Below the pieces are notes generated by a model, which was not told the origin of the DNA, did no database searches, and worked only from the letters and a program-made list of their open reading frames with translations. A DNA stretch of 64,000 nt from Macrostomum lignano. Its lineage: Eukaryota. The translations under genes were made by a program, and so were the position numbers. The stretch covers positions 1-64,000 of the forward strand of contig NIVC01002866.1 of the NCBI GenBank assembly GCA_002269645.1, read 5' to 3'. Below are positions 1 to 12,700 of this stretch, piece after piece (the first letter of the stretch is position 1; every line of letters begins with the position of its first letter).

Positions 1-9
1 TGCGGGCGG

Positions 10-1833
10 TAGCTTTTTTCTCATCATTTTGACAGGCCATCAAAATTTATGAGGTCAGAGCCTATTGTTCGGATTCACTCAAGCGTGTGACAGCTTTGAC
101 AGCTATGCGTTTTACCCCTAAAAGTACTTTAGGATTAGTGATTAAGCGTTTCCTCTTCATTATCTTCACTTTCTATTTAATAAGAGCTTTCTAATGTATA
201 TTTTTTCATTAATTTCTGTCAATCCTACGCGAAAAGTCAAAATCCTCAGCGATTTTGAGTGATTTATGGCCGCACCTGTCATCTTTTTACGACCCTGTGG
301 GAACTGATAGGATCTCTCGGTCACGTGATTCTGGGTAGCAACAAGCTTAGCCAATCAGAAAATTCGGCGCTCATTTTAACAAAACGGCTCAGCCAATCAG
401 AACCGACGTGTTCCATTATAACAAACTGCGGTCCAGTAGGCGGCTACTTAAACCGGAGTTTTTGGCCCGCTCGGACGCAACTCTTGCTCGGGTCCAGCAC
501 GCAACTTCTGGTTCCCGGAGCGCGACCGTCGTTTCTTGATCCCCGGATTGCGACTTCCCCCCATCATCATCAAGGACGAATCCCCGGTCGTCAGCAGCGA
601 ACATCAAGCGAAGATCATCACCTGCTAGCTATCAGCGAAGATTGTGTCAGCATCATCCCGAGTCTACAGCTGCGAGGCATCAAGCCGATTCGGTCACTGT
701 GGATTACCTGGTCTCCGGCTGTTGAGTTTCTGATTGGTTGGGTGAGAGGCTACCTAGATTTGCTTGATTGGGTGATCCCTATCTGTCCCCTGTTTCAGTA
801 GTTGAATTAGGCGCACACTTTTCTCATTTTGTTCAGTAGTGCTGTTACTGAGGCAGAAATCACTTAATAATACTACTAGTAGTCTGACCTCCAATTCAAT
901 CTGAGGTGTGAAGTGATCTAAGGAGAAGGTTAAATCTGGCAGTTATTTTTATCGGTTTTATTTCTTTGTTCGCCGATGGCTCAGATGAGTGGCTAAGCTA
1001 GTAGGCGCCGGTCACAGTGGACCAATGGCCAGGCAGTCCCCAGTCGATCAATCAATCAAATCAGTGAGCAAAACTGCCAGAAGTGCAGAATCGGCGCCAG
1101 AGATGTACTTTGTGCACTCTAGGTTCGCCAAGCGGCTCGGGTAATGAATCATGCGAGGTCTCTGAAGTTCGAGTTAGTCTATCATCAGCGCTATGAGAGG
1201 CTAGTTGGCGCGTTGAAGGCCAAAAGTACATATCTTCGTATTTAGCAATGTAATAGTACATGTAGCTACCCCATAGACTCGCCACTGCAAGAATCCCCTG
1301 GACAAGTCCCCTCTGTACCTGCATGGCCAATGCGATCTAGTCCAGCAGTGTCCCTTATCATCGGCTATGACTTCGAGATTGACAGCAAAAAGACACTAGT
1401 TGGCAGGTAAGTGCAGAGCCCCTTCTAGTCGGAAGCCCGATTTCGAAAGTCTCGGTGTGGTGAGCCACGACGCACGGGCTGGTGGCAGCGAGTTAGCTTA
1501 GTCTGCGGATTAGCTAATTTCTACCTTCAAAATTCTCCCTGCTTGTCTCTCGCTTTCCCTCTCTTAGCTATAGGACCTAGACTGCTCGCCACACGATCAA
1601 GCTACCATGGGGCTGACCATCTGACAGGAGTGGGGGGCCAGGTCTCTAAGTGATTTGTTTCTGAGCCTGAGGCCCGAAGGCTTCCTAACAAGGGACCCGA
1701 AGGTCGAAACCCATCATACTTTTAGGGGTAAAACGCATAGCTGTCAAAACTGTCACACGCTTGAGTGAACCCGAACAATAGGCTCTGACCTCATAAATCT
1801 GATGGCCTGTCAAAAATGATGAGAAAAAAGCTA
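10..1833. mobile_element. Putative non-autonomous DNA transposon/foldback bounded by ~117-bp inverted repeats (10-126 and 1717-1833)
   Basis: tagcttttttctcatcatttt...ttttacccctaaaagta at 10-126 is the near-exact reverse complement of 1717-1833. No convincing coding interior. The left end may lie outside the window, so no TSD can be assessed. Confidence 0.5.
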
Positions 1834-3793
1834 TCATTCGCATCCCCTCAGACCATCTGGCGCCCGCCTCAACACTGAGTGAGGCGCATGTGGTTGCAGA
1901 CCAGCTTCGAAAGCGATGATTTATGACCCAAAAAGCTATGCCTATGTTATTATGACTACTAGTATGACCAAACATTATATCTAGTATAGATTCTATGAAA
2001 AAATGCCCATTGCCCACTGTTACTAGGCTAGTAAGTTTAGAGCCCATGTGCTAGCGCGGGATTTGGAAAAAAATGCGTCCTCATTATACAGTTATACTAG
2101 TCACTAACTAAATATGTAGTCACTATTTAGTAATATAGTAGTAGTTTATTTACTAGTGATACTGTGTTGGTAAAATTTTATAGGAAGACTTTCATTTTCA
2201 CAGCAAAATGATACGAGCGTATGTAAAGAACATATTGCTCGAAGCTGTACCTGCTATTTTTGGAATCTAGTGCATTTTTGCTGCTTTAATTATCTCACTC
2301 AGAGTACAATCGACCACATGAGTATATGCATGGTTCCAGTCAATTCAGCCGAACTGAGACTATAGTCTTGCATGAATGCCAAACATGCAGATTTATTCTT
2401 ATGAACACATGACGCGTATCAAGTACCGCGGATCAAGACCCTGCAAGACCCTGCAAGTTAGTTGCAAAACTACACTGTATGTTCTGCTAATAATCTGCAA
2501 GGAGAGTAGTGAGAACTAATACTAGCATCCACGAGAGTAGACTAGTACGAGAGTATTCGTGGTTAATTGACGAAACTGGAATGGTTCTCCACAGTTCTGG
2601 TAATCCGCATATAACGGCAATAACTCTGTTCAAGATATTCAATAAAAAAATAACAAGCAATTATTAAAAAGAGACGCGCTAAATTTTAGGAACTTATTTT
2701 TTTGTTTTAAGTTGTATGTAATGTATAATGCATCACCGATGCAATTTAATTATAATTTGTTTGCAAATAAAAATTGGCAGCTGATTTATAGTAAGCCGGC
2801 CTCACTGCCCTTATACTAACTGTAACTAATTAGGGAGAAGGACTAAATTGAAATATATAATTAATTAAGAATAGAAAGGGGTATTTTTACGGGTTCTTTT
2901 AGTTACTGGCGAATGATTTACCCCATATTGATAGTTGCTTCATCAATTCTAGGTATAGGCCTAACGGTCATATATTTTCTGATTTTATTCAAAATATCCG
3001 AATTGTAGAGCACTCTCTTCAAAGGAGTATTTAAGTTTTTTGTGCATTTATTTATATGCATGAATAATATTGATTCGGCCATTCATTGTAGTACCTACTA
3101 CAGTTTTTAGGCCTTCTCAATATTATTTCCTTGTGCTGATATTATTGATATCATATCAACATTTGCTTTATTGTTGATAAGCATTTTCTTTATCATTTAT
3201 CTTCCTTCATGTCATTTTTATATTATGAGCATGCCAGTGACATTGTTTTCAGTCTATTAGAATAGCTTTGGCATTCCTTATGCTTAAAATAAAGTGTTTC
3301 TAACTAAGTTTAGATGTTTTCTTTTGTAAAAAAATCAATATTTATTTATAGCTTACTTTTTTACTTTAATTTAAGCTTAGCTATTTGTAAAGCACAAAAT
3401 CTATGTTTTCAATTTGAAATAATAATATCTAAGTATTTTTACATTGAGAGAAATATTAAAATAAATATCATATATAATAAAACTAATCATTTGATTATAT
3501 TTATATACTAAGCAAACCAAATTTAATCATTTTCTTTTAATTAACAATATAATACTTTCATTTACTTTACCATTTACCATTACTTTACCATTACCATTTT
3601 CATTTACTTTATTTTCATATAAAGTATATGAAAATAGAGAGAGTATTGCAATTGACTTATAATAGTCTATTGATATAGTTTTTGATTTTTTAATTTTATA
3701 AGATTATATGCAGAAAAACTTTTCTAGTTTTTTTCTGATCATTTCTAACTTGACAGATCAAAAACAATTTTATGCTTAGGCAGCCAGTTTGCA

Positions 3794-6190
3794 ATGGGCC
3801 AAACCTTATCAGAGCCTGTCACAAACAAGGACACATCATTGAAACGCAGTCCAGACCTCACTGTTGGCACATCCAACATGCAGGGCTGGCGGGTTCACAT
3901 GGAAGATGCGCATTCCAGCTTCCTCAGCCTGCCTGGTCACCTAGACACCGCTTACTTTGCCGTTTTTGATGGGCATGGCGGCTCCAAGGTGACCCCACTG
4001 TCTAAATGACAGTTTGCTTATTGATCTGTCAATTCCATGGGGCTCCGAAGCTTAAGGAGTTGGTTAAAAGAATGAATTACAATAAATCGTCTGTAGGAGC
4101 TTCCATTGGGTATAACTGCTCTGCCCCTGAGATTCTGGCGGAGAGAGTGAATCTCTGGGCTGAGATTCTAAGGCGAGAGAGTGAATCTCTGGGCTGAGAT
4201 TCTAAGGGGAGAGAGTAAATCTCGGGCTTAGCTTCTAAGGGAGAGAGTAAATCTCTGGGCTTAGCTTCTAAGACGAGAGAGTGAATCTCTGGGGCTGAGC
4301 TTCTAAGGGGAGAGAGTGAATCTCTGGGCTGAGATTCTAAAGCGGGAGAGTGAACCTTTGGGCCGAGATTCTAAAACGAGAGAGTGAACCTTTGGGCTGA
4401 GATTCTAAGACGAGAGTGAATCTTTGGGGCTGAGCTTCTAAGGGAAGAGAGTGAATCTCTGGGCTGAGATTTTAAGGCGAGAGAGTGAATCTCTGGGCTG
4501 AGATTCTCAGACAAGAGAGTGAATCTCTGGGCTGAGATTCTAAGGCGAGAGAATGAATATCTGGGGCTAAGATTCTAGAGGGAGAGTGAATCTCTGGGGC
4601 TGAGCTTCTAAGGGAAGAGAGTGAATCTCTGGGCTGAGATTCTAGGGGTGAGGGAGAATCTCTGGCCTAAGCTTTCTGGTGAAAAAGCTAGACTAGATAA
4701 GTTTCTAGATAAATTAATCCGGTTTCGCCGGACACCCCAAGGTGGCCAAGTACGCGGCGGCCAACCTGCATCGCAAGATCCTGGCGCAGCCGTCATTCCC
4801 AGCTGACCCCAGTGCCGCAATGGAGCGGGGCTTCCTAGCGCTAGACGAGGAGATGCAGAACTGCAAGGAGACCAGAGACGAGCTGGCGGGCTCCACAGCG
4901 CTGGCCATCATTCTCCGCGAAGGCCGGGTCTGGTGCGCCAGCGCCGGCGACAGCCGAGCCGTGATGAGCGTCTGCGGGTTGGCCGTGGAACTCAGCAGAG
5001 ATCACAAGCCGAGCAATGAGACGGAGAAAGCTCGGATTCAAGCTGCCGGTGGCTGGGTTGACTTCAACCGGGTCAATGGCAATCTGGCGCTGAGCAGAGC
5101 GCTGGGCGATTTCGTGTTTAAAAGGAACACTAAGAAGAGCGCAGAGGAGCAGATTGTTACAGGTGAGTGACATGGGAGTGCTCTGGGAGAGTGATATTCC
5201 TCTTTTAACAAAGGGGAGCATTTTGACAAAATAAGAGCGACACCAAGAGTGACGTTTTGTTACTTTGAAAGTGCCTTTGTGACTCTGGAAGGCTTAAATC
5301 TTTAAATTTTTAGACATTGCGACACTTTAGGACTCAGAGTGAGTCAGTGGGATTTGTCTATTTGAAAATGAAGCAGTTAATTAGCTCGTGCAAAGGACTC
5401 AGTCAAGATCTGACACAGATCCTGCTCTGTCATCACTGACTGAAACGAAAGCCTGCAAGAAATCAGTGGAACAGGTGTGCTGAGAAACTGTTTATTTGCA
5501 ACACTCATTACCCGGATTCATTGATACAATAATTACAGGCCTTTTGTTAGGCTTTGACGCTTTGAGGTCGCTTATTTATCTTTTGTTTGAAAGTGTCCCT
5601 ACATCTATATGTCATCTGATCTTCTACATCAGCGAAGCCTGACGTCACCGTGAACGACGTGACACCCGATGTTGAATTCATCGTGCTGGCGTGTGACGGC
5701 ATCTGGGACGTGCTCACCAATCAGGAGGTGGTGAACTTTGTTCGTGTCCGATTGGCCCAGGAGATGGACCCGGACGTGGTAAGAGTGGGGGTTCGATCCC
5801 GGATGTGGTAAGGGTGAGGGTTCGATCCCGGATTTGGTAAGAGTGAGGATTCGATCCCGGATGTGGTAAGAGTGGGGGTTCGATCCCGGATGTGGTAAGA
5901 GTGAGGATTCGATCCCGGATGTGGCTAGAGTGGGGGTTCGATCCCGGCCGGATGTCGTTCCTGTCGTTGTCAAAGAAGTTACTCTCGTCCTCTGAACTGC
6001 GCATTTTTTGCCGCAGGTGTGCGAAGACCTGATGATGCAGTGCCTGGCTCCCGACTGTCACAATAGCGGCCTCGGCTGCGACAATATGACCGTCATGATT
6101 ATCGGCTTCCTGCATCGGAAAGGCAGCAGGCATCTGTTTCAGGCCTGCGCCAGGCCTCCCAAGTCTCGCAGCGTCTACCTGCCTATGTGA
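3794..6190 (+). CDS. Protein phosphatase 2C (PPM family, Ptc2/3-like; 4 exons: 3794-3988, 4742-5162, 5633-5778, 6017-6190)
   Basis: MGQTLSEPVT N-terminus and PP2C motifs MQGWRVHMEDAH, VFDGHGG, AGDSRAV, GGWVDFNRVNGNLALSRALGDF, LACDGIWDV, GCDNMT. GT-AG junctions join in frame (phases 0,1,0). Confidence 0.95.
4125..4670. repeat. ~34-bp minisatellite in PP2C intron 1 (gagtgaatctctgggctgagattctaaggcgaga)
   Basis: Direct tandem copies with small variants. Confidence 0.9.
5768..5945. repeat. 29-bp minisatellite starting at the PP2C exon 3 donor (gtaagagtgggggttcgatcccggatgtg)
   Basis: GTAAG recurs at 5779, 5808, 5837, 5866 and 5895, with a degenerate copy at 5924. Confidence 0.9.
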
Positions 6191-6204
6191 CTAATGGAAC
6201 TGAG

Positions 6205-6470
6205 GTGGGTAAGGAATGAGGGGGTGAGGAGTGAGGTGGGTGAGGAGTGAGGTTGGGTAAGGAGTGACGTGGGTGAGGAGTGAGGGGGTGAGGAATGAGG
6301 GGGGTGGGGAGTGAGGTGGGTGAGGAGTGAGGTGGGTAAGGAGTGAGGTGGGTGAGGAGTGAGGTGGGTAAGGAGTGAGGTGGGTGAGGAGTGAGGTTGG
6401 GTAAGGAGAGACGTGGGTGAGGAGTGAGGGGGGGTGAGTAGTGAGTTGGGTGCAGGAGTGAGGTGGGGGA
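6205..6470. repeat. G-rich low-complexity repeat (gagtgaggtgggtgag-like) 3' of PP2C
   Basis: Imperfect short-period repeats with many GG/GGG runs. Confidence 0.8.
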
Positions 6471-6980
6471 GCCAACAGGAACGTTCGCGCCATTTTTTGG
6501 ACTGATGCTTTTTAAATCGCATCACTGTTTACTTGAAGAGCGACAGCGAGCTCTCAATGTTATTCTTAGTTTATTGTTTAGGTTAGATTTTTTGTCTCAG
6601 TTGGAACAGACTGGTAACAGTTATATTTTTTGTTCATTTTTTTCGATTCAGTATTCAATCAAGCGCTTTTTATCATTCTGTTGCAATGATGTTTTAATCC
6701 GTCGTAAAAATGAGTGTAGATATCAATATTTAGAAGCTATTATTTGTCTTTGTGTATTCTTAATAGCGTTGAAGTCTGTCGTTTCCAGTCGGTATTTTAA
6801 GGGTGGTTGGAGCCAACCAGGAGCGCATGGTAATTGATACTTAGCTCAACAATATTGGTGAATCAGATTGGGCCGGGCTTTCCCTTAGAGTTAGACATCC
6901 ATGTCAATATTGTTGCAAAGGACAGGACTCAAAACTCCGTTCGTATCATTTTTGGAGGACGCACACTTTTCTTGAAAATA

Positions 6981-7212
6981 CACTGCAGAGGTAGTAAAAA
7001 TCTTTTTTTTTCATCTGGGGCAGTAAAGATTATGAGCTTATGAAAAAAAAAGAAAACAATATGAAAGTGAAACTTTCACTACACAACTATATAAAATGCA
7101 GCAGAGTAACATGCTGTCCGTGGTAAATTGAAATAATAGTAATCTTCACTGCCCCAGATCAAATGCAATCATTGAGTCTGATGAAAAATGATTTTTTCCT
7201 ATCTCTGCAGTG
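6981..7212. mobile_element. MITE with CACTG termini and TA flanks (CMC/EnSpm-like)
   Basis: ta|cactgcagaggtag...ctatctctgcagtg|ta. An internal inverted segment catctggggcagtaaagatt / aatcttcactgccccagat is also present. Confidence 0.6.
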
Positions 7213-7599
7213 TATTTTTTACAGGAAATTGGCCTCCTAATAAATTACACAATCATTGAGTTTTACGTCCTGTTATGCTACAGTGGTCCTTGCTTGTTGC
7301 TTGCAAAGACAAATCAATTATAGTATTCCGGGTTTTCCCTTAGAGTTAGACGTCCATGTCGATGTTGTTGCTTGTAAAGGTACTCAAGTGCGTGTATAAA
7401 TTTTCGTGTATTTCAAATATACAACAAATGCGTCCGATCGCACTCAGTTGTGCGCATTTTCTCGTTGCTATTAAAATATTATTGTTATTCATTGCTATGC
7501 CCTTTCGGTGACAATAACGAAGGGTAAATTATATTTTTCGATGCTAGCAAAACACCGGGAAACTTTTCAACAGAGAAATCCTATGTTAATCAGTTAATA

Positions 7600-7830
7600 C
7601 CAGACAGAAAGAATATCGATCGGATTGCGACTGGGCAAAAGCACAGGTCAAACTACCTACCGTATGCAGCGGTTGGTGTACACCTTTTCTAAGGCCTGAT
7701 TTCTCACTGACGTTCTTCATAAACTCTTGAAGATAGCGAAATCCTCTAGCAGTTTTCTCGGAGAATCTATAGCGGTTCCCGTCTCGCCTGAATGACGTGC
7801 AACTCAAGTCGAACTCGTCGGATGTCACTC
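7600..7830 (-). pseudogene. Degenerate tyrosine-recombinase (Crypton/DUF3504-like) fragment
   Basis: The minus strand reads YLQEFMKNVSEKSGLR, then after a 1-nt shift VYTNRCIR*. This resembles the L..FMK.IS..AGL...YTNHS(L/I)RAT motif of Crypton-type recombinases. Confidence 0.5.
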
Positions 7831-8129
7831 CTGATCTCTCACCATTCGGTATAGCTCGGTAGTTAACTAGAGGAGGCAGAACTTAGCCCACTGTAGTTGG
7901 CTCTGCGTCAGCCATGGCGATTTTGTTTGCGTAAATGAAAGATGCCAGCAATCAAATCTACTACATGTAAGTCTTTCTACTCAGCTCTCTTAAACCTTCT
8001 GTCTGTCTCTCTCTTTATAGGGTAAAAAAACTACAGTGCATATTAATGTCGATGTGGACCATTACACTAAAATTTTTTTACATTTAATTGTAGAAAGTGG
8101 GGGCTTTGCCCCCACACCACTGTTCTCAC

Positions 8130-8398
8130 CAGTGGCGGATCCAGAGTTTCATTTGGGGGGGGGGCGGTCCAAGTTTGGGGCGCCAACACGAGTGTAAGGG
8201 GCGCCAATTTTTAAGCTAGGGGGCGCAAAAAATGCGCGTAGGGGCGAAAAATCAAGCTTAGGTGCGCTAAAAAGGCGTTTGGGGGCGAAAAATCAAGCTT
8301 AGGGGTGCAAATTTAGGTTTTTTGGGGGGCGCAATATGTTCGGTTAAGCTATTTTGGGGGGGGGCGCCGCCCCCCCCCCCCCCCTAAATCCGCCCCTG
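8130..8398. mobile_element. hAT-type MITE (TIR cagtggcggat / atccgcccctg; 8-bp TSD gttctcac)
   Basis: TSD gttctcac at 8122-8129 and 8399-8406. The interior carries short ggggcg repeats. Confidence 0.85.
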
Positions 8399-9027
8399 GT
8401 TCTCACTCTCCCCGACCTCGACTCCTTCCGGCGCCAACTAATGTCACAGACGAAAACGCATAGTAATGTTTCTACAATAGCATTAACAGTCAAATATATA
8501 GTGCAGAAGAATATACACGTATCTATCCAACCAACGCATAAATTCATCCAGAGATGCATCGTCGCAGTGATCATGATGACTAGAAAATCCGACAGGAAAT
8601 GAAGCTTGTTTGAAATTAAGATGCTTCCAATTTATAGGAGGTGGAATTGGTGCCATGTTGTTTTGGTATCTAACATTTATCAGATGATAAATTATAAAGT
8701 AAAAATGACAACAGCTAGAGCGTGGATGCACCAGCGTAGGAATCTGATACAATTTATCGAAATATATTTCAATATATTTCGCCAACTATAAGCAATTCAA
8801 TTGTTAGTGAATTTACTTGTGTCTACGTGCGGCTAACTACTTCATTCAGGCTAAGGTGTTTAAGATTATCAACAGCTCAGGCTCAAAGTTAATAAATAAC
8901 AAGTTAATGTAGTACTCATAATTTCTTATAATTTATGCTGTAAGCTACGTGTACGTGTAATTCAGTTTTTAAGATGAAAAATAGGACCTACAGTCACTAG
9001 AGGATCTGTCAACGAGCAGCTCGTCCA

Positions 9028-10239
9028 TCAGAACTGGAACAAGCCGGCAGGCCTGGTCTTCAGGTAGTCCTGCACTTTGCCCGACTGAGCGATCCGCTCT
9101 GCGAAGGCCTTCACGTCCGGGTAGGCGTCCTGGCTGGCCTTGATCTCATCGATGAGTTCCAGGCTGTTCACGATGCAGGCCACGGTGAGGTCAGCCCAGG
9201 TCATCTGCGCATTGGATAAAGAGCTATTCGCGTTTCTTGGATAAAGAGTCGGTACATATTCCTAGCTCGCCTACTATAAGTAGAGCAGTGCGGAGCAGAG
9301 CTTTACTCACCCTATCGCCGACCAAATAGCCCGAGCGGCTCTCCTTCACCCACTGATCGATAATGCCGTAGAACTTCGGCCCGGCCAGCTCGTTCCAGTT
9401 CTGGAAGCCCTTGGCTCGCTCCTCCGGCGACTTGAGCGGCATGAACTTCACCACGGCGTCGAACATGTCAATCATGACCGTGTCAACGATGGCGTCGCAT
9501 TTGTAAGCGGCCAGGTCGTCTGTGGGAACGAGGCCGCCCTTCTTGGCCACGTAGCGGGCGATGGCCTCGCTTTGGCGGAGCTGGTAGCCCTCGGGAGTGA
9601 CCAGGTAGGGCACCGCGTTGCCGGGGATAGCTGGGGTGCGGGGACGGTTAGGGGTCACGCTTTGCCGAATCTGGGATCTGCTCTGTCGAGTGTGCAATCC
9701 GCTTTACCGAATCTGAGATCTACTCTACCGAACTTGCGATCCATTCTGCCGAATCTGCGATCCACTCTACCGAATCTGCGATCGACTCTGCTTAGTGTGC
9801 GATCCACTTTACCGAATCTGCGATCCTTTCTGCCGAATCTGGGATCTGCTCTGCCGAATCTACCCTACTTTGGGAAATTATTATACTCAACCGAAAGTAT
9901 CTTCTGAAACATCTCAAAACATCTACTGAATGCAACAGCTTTCATGTAAGCTTATAGTTACAATTTTTGTATTAAAAATTTTGCAATACGTGTATACTGT
10001 ACTTTACTGAACTAAAGCTTATTTACTGACTCTACTTGTATTGTGTTATCGTTCAATATTTTTACAAAAAATTGCAAGCAAACACAAAAGCACTCACTTG
10101 GCTTCAAAGTCTGCCACTCCTGCATCTCAATTCGCCGGTCCTCCCATGGCAGGCCACTGGCAGCCAGAATCCAGCGGATAAACTCGCCCCTGGCTCGAAT
10201 GTTGAAGTAATAGTAGGTGTACTTGCCCTTGGAGCTCAT
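9028..10239 (-). CDS. Glutathione S-transferase, sigma-class-like, copy 1 (exons 10239-10098, 9630-9311, 9204-9028; ~212 aa)
   Basis: YYYFNIRARGEFIRWIL, VPYL, QSEAIARYVAKKGGL and MTWADL motifs. GT-AG junctions join in frame. Confidence 0.93.
9660..9860. repeat. 21-bp minisatellite in GST copy 1 intron 1 (ccgaatctgcgatccactcta)
   Basis: Tandem copies. The same array is longer in copy 2 (about 13895-14265). Confidence 0.9.
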
Positions 10240-11859
10240 GACGGCTGCTGGTCAGTGCTAGATTTTTCTGAGATTATTGCTTAGCAGTCTGGTAGCAATT
10301 TCGGCAGGAGCTCACAGTTTTATTACTTTATCTGTCTTTTTTCTCTTACACACACCTGGGCACATACAATTCGTGCTTATAGGGTCAATCCGTTTCCATA
10401 GTAACTGTGCAGAGTGAGCCGTTCTGTCTTTACAGAAGGGGAGAAAGATTTTTTACTAACTTTAATTCTCTACTCCAGACCCTGTTCTTTCTGAGTTGCT
10501 TTTGCATTTCCTGGGTTGACGAAGAGCAGTTGAGAGACAGTTGAGTTGCCCCACCTCAGTCTCTGAACTTGTCTCTGACCCTGTCTGTCTCTCTTTGCCT
10601 ACTCAGTATAATTGTCCTCTTGTACATTCAAGCAAAACTCTCCTTCATCTTGGAATTTTCCTGGCGTCAGTTGCTTACGCTTTCGCTCTGCTGTCTTGAG
10701 TTAAATAGACAAGGTCCTAGCCGACACCGTTGACTTTGTCTTATCAAAAATACATATTAATGCTCAACTTATATCTATACCCTCTCAGCAAGAAAATTTG
10801 CAGAGGTAAAGTGGACCATTTCTATGAGAAGCTGATAAAAGAAGCGATTAAATTCTCAGCGAAGTCCTACTCAGCTAATTCTTCTGTGATCATAGCAGAA
10901 ACCTGCATTCTCTCTACTCGCGAGTAGGATGGGCCATTATTTGATAGCTAATTACGATAAATTGTAATTTTGCTTGCAGTTAAACAAGACATTGAGCCCA
11001 ATCTATCCGAACGTATTGTACAATATAAGAGTCGCCTGCACAGACCAGTACAGGGACTTACTCAATACTAAGGAAGGGAAACTACAAAAGTTGGGAGGCC
11101 GATCTATTAATATCTTAGTCCTCGAAAAGCACTACTATGGATATAGCTTTTACCACAGACACAGACTCACTGGCTGCAGTACAAGGTAAAACCCATCCAG
11201 GTGATAATTTGCGAAGACTCATTGCTACTATAATAGATCGGGCTTTCATCTTTTTAGTTTCCCGTCCTTATAGTATTTTTAGTAGTCCCTGAGAGCAATG
11301 CGCTGGCTGCATGGTACGGACAGTTGAAATTAATGAAAAATCGAGACTGCATGTGCCTCATCTGTCTGAGCAGTGGTAGGAGTTTTCCGGAGCAGTACAC
11401 CATTTTATACATAAAATGCTTACTGTTCAAGCAGACGAAGCAGCTGGCGGATCAGAAAGTCCGCTACGCTCTCATCAACAACCAGCAGACCGCCACATCA
11501 GAAATTGCAAGGCCCTCGACTAGATCAGAAACCAACCGAGAGCAATTAGTTGTAAGGGTTTTTTGAGATATCAAATCGCTCTCACACTATCGAACACTCT
11601 TACTCAGCATTAAGATCTTCATCCCAGTGCTTGTACACTCAGAACACTTCACGAATGCCATTCTGACAAAATGCTGATATTATAAAGTTCATCAGCGTTG
11701 GGACTGTGCACCTTTGTCCAAGGGGTCCCACGAAGGCCACAGGTGCTGCTAGTTTGCTTTGACAATCGACCAGCATCTACTTTGAAGCAGAGAAGGAATT
11801 GGCTTTAAGCACATTTTAGCACCATAACGATACTGTGGTATTGCTGAGTATTGAAGAAT

Positions 11860-12345
11860 CACATTCGCGCAGCTCAGAACGAGGACAGCAGGTCAGAAAA
11901 AATTGAGCGGAATTTCTTTTTTGGCAGCGATAAAAAATAATAATCGCAAGAAAGCTGTGGCCACTTTGGTGCAACGCCTAAGGTGACATCTTCTCACAGC
12001 CTCCTGCACAACCAACGGTATGACAGTTCCGACCATTCAGCTGACTTCTGAGCACATAGTGATAACCTGAGTCCGTCGGTGCTGACCGTACCGACGGACC
12101 TCCCAGCTGAGATCTACTGCCGCCACTCACGCTTGACTCCTGAGAGCCGCTTCGGTGTCCACTACCGCCACCACCAACACCAGCAATGACGAGCTATACC
12201 GTCGGGCTACAGCTGGCCGGCCATGTCATCCGAGCAGAGCAGCACTGACCTGAGCCGCTTTAGAACGCGCTGCTGCTCTCCCTTCAAGGGCCGCGGGGGC
12301 TTGGTCAGGCGAGAAGTCTGCGTTTTGTCGACATCTGCTCTTCTA
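11860..12345 (+). mobile_element. Degenerate non-LTR retrotransposon (RTE-like) ORF2 C-terminal relic
   Basis: Broken frames read TSNDELYRR, LQLAGHVIRAE and LLLSLQGPRGLGQARSLRFVD, typical of the post-RT region of LINE ORF2. Confidence 0.55.
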
Positions 12346-12544
12346 AGAGACGCAGAGATTTCTGACACTCGCGGACTCGCTGTTCTGCGCAACTCTGCGC
12401 TTGACAGCAACCCTGCTTGGCTTGTCCAGGGCTGTTGTAGTTTGTTGTTGTTGCTTGTTGAGCACATGCAAGCGCGCAAATGCTATACACAGGCGTGCAC
12501 TCATGCACACGCTCACACAGGGTGTACAGCAGCCCTGACTGCCT

Positions 12545-12700
12545 AATCATCAAGCATGCACACTCTCTGTGCCTTGGGGGCTGGCTCTCATGGGTGCGAA
12601 TCGCAAGAAAGCCCCAAATGAATCATCAAGCATGCACACTCTCTGTGCCTTGGGGGCTGGCTCTCATGGGTGCGAATCGCAAGAAAGCCCCAAATGAATG
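12545..12700. repeat. 76-bp direct tandem duplication
   Basis: aatcatcaagcatgcacactctctg...gccccaaatg starts at 12545 and again at 12621. Confidence 0.9.

Noticed and set aside
259-801. 180-aa ORF
   Set aside because: No recognisable motifs, no ATG start, and it lies inside the inverted-repeat element.
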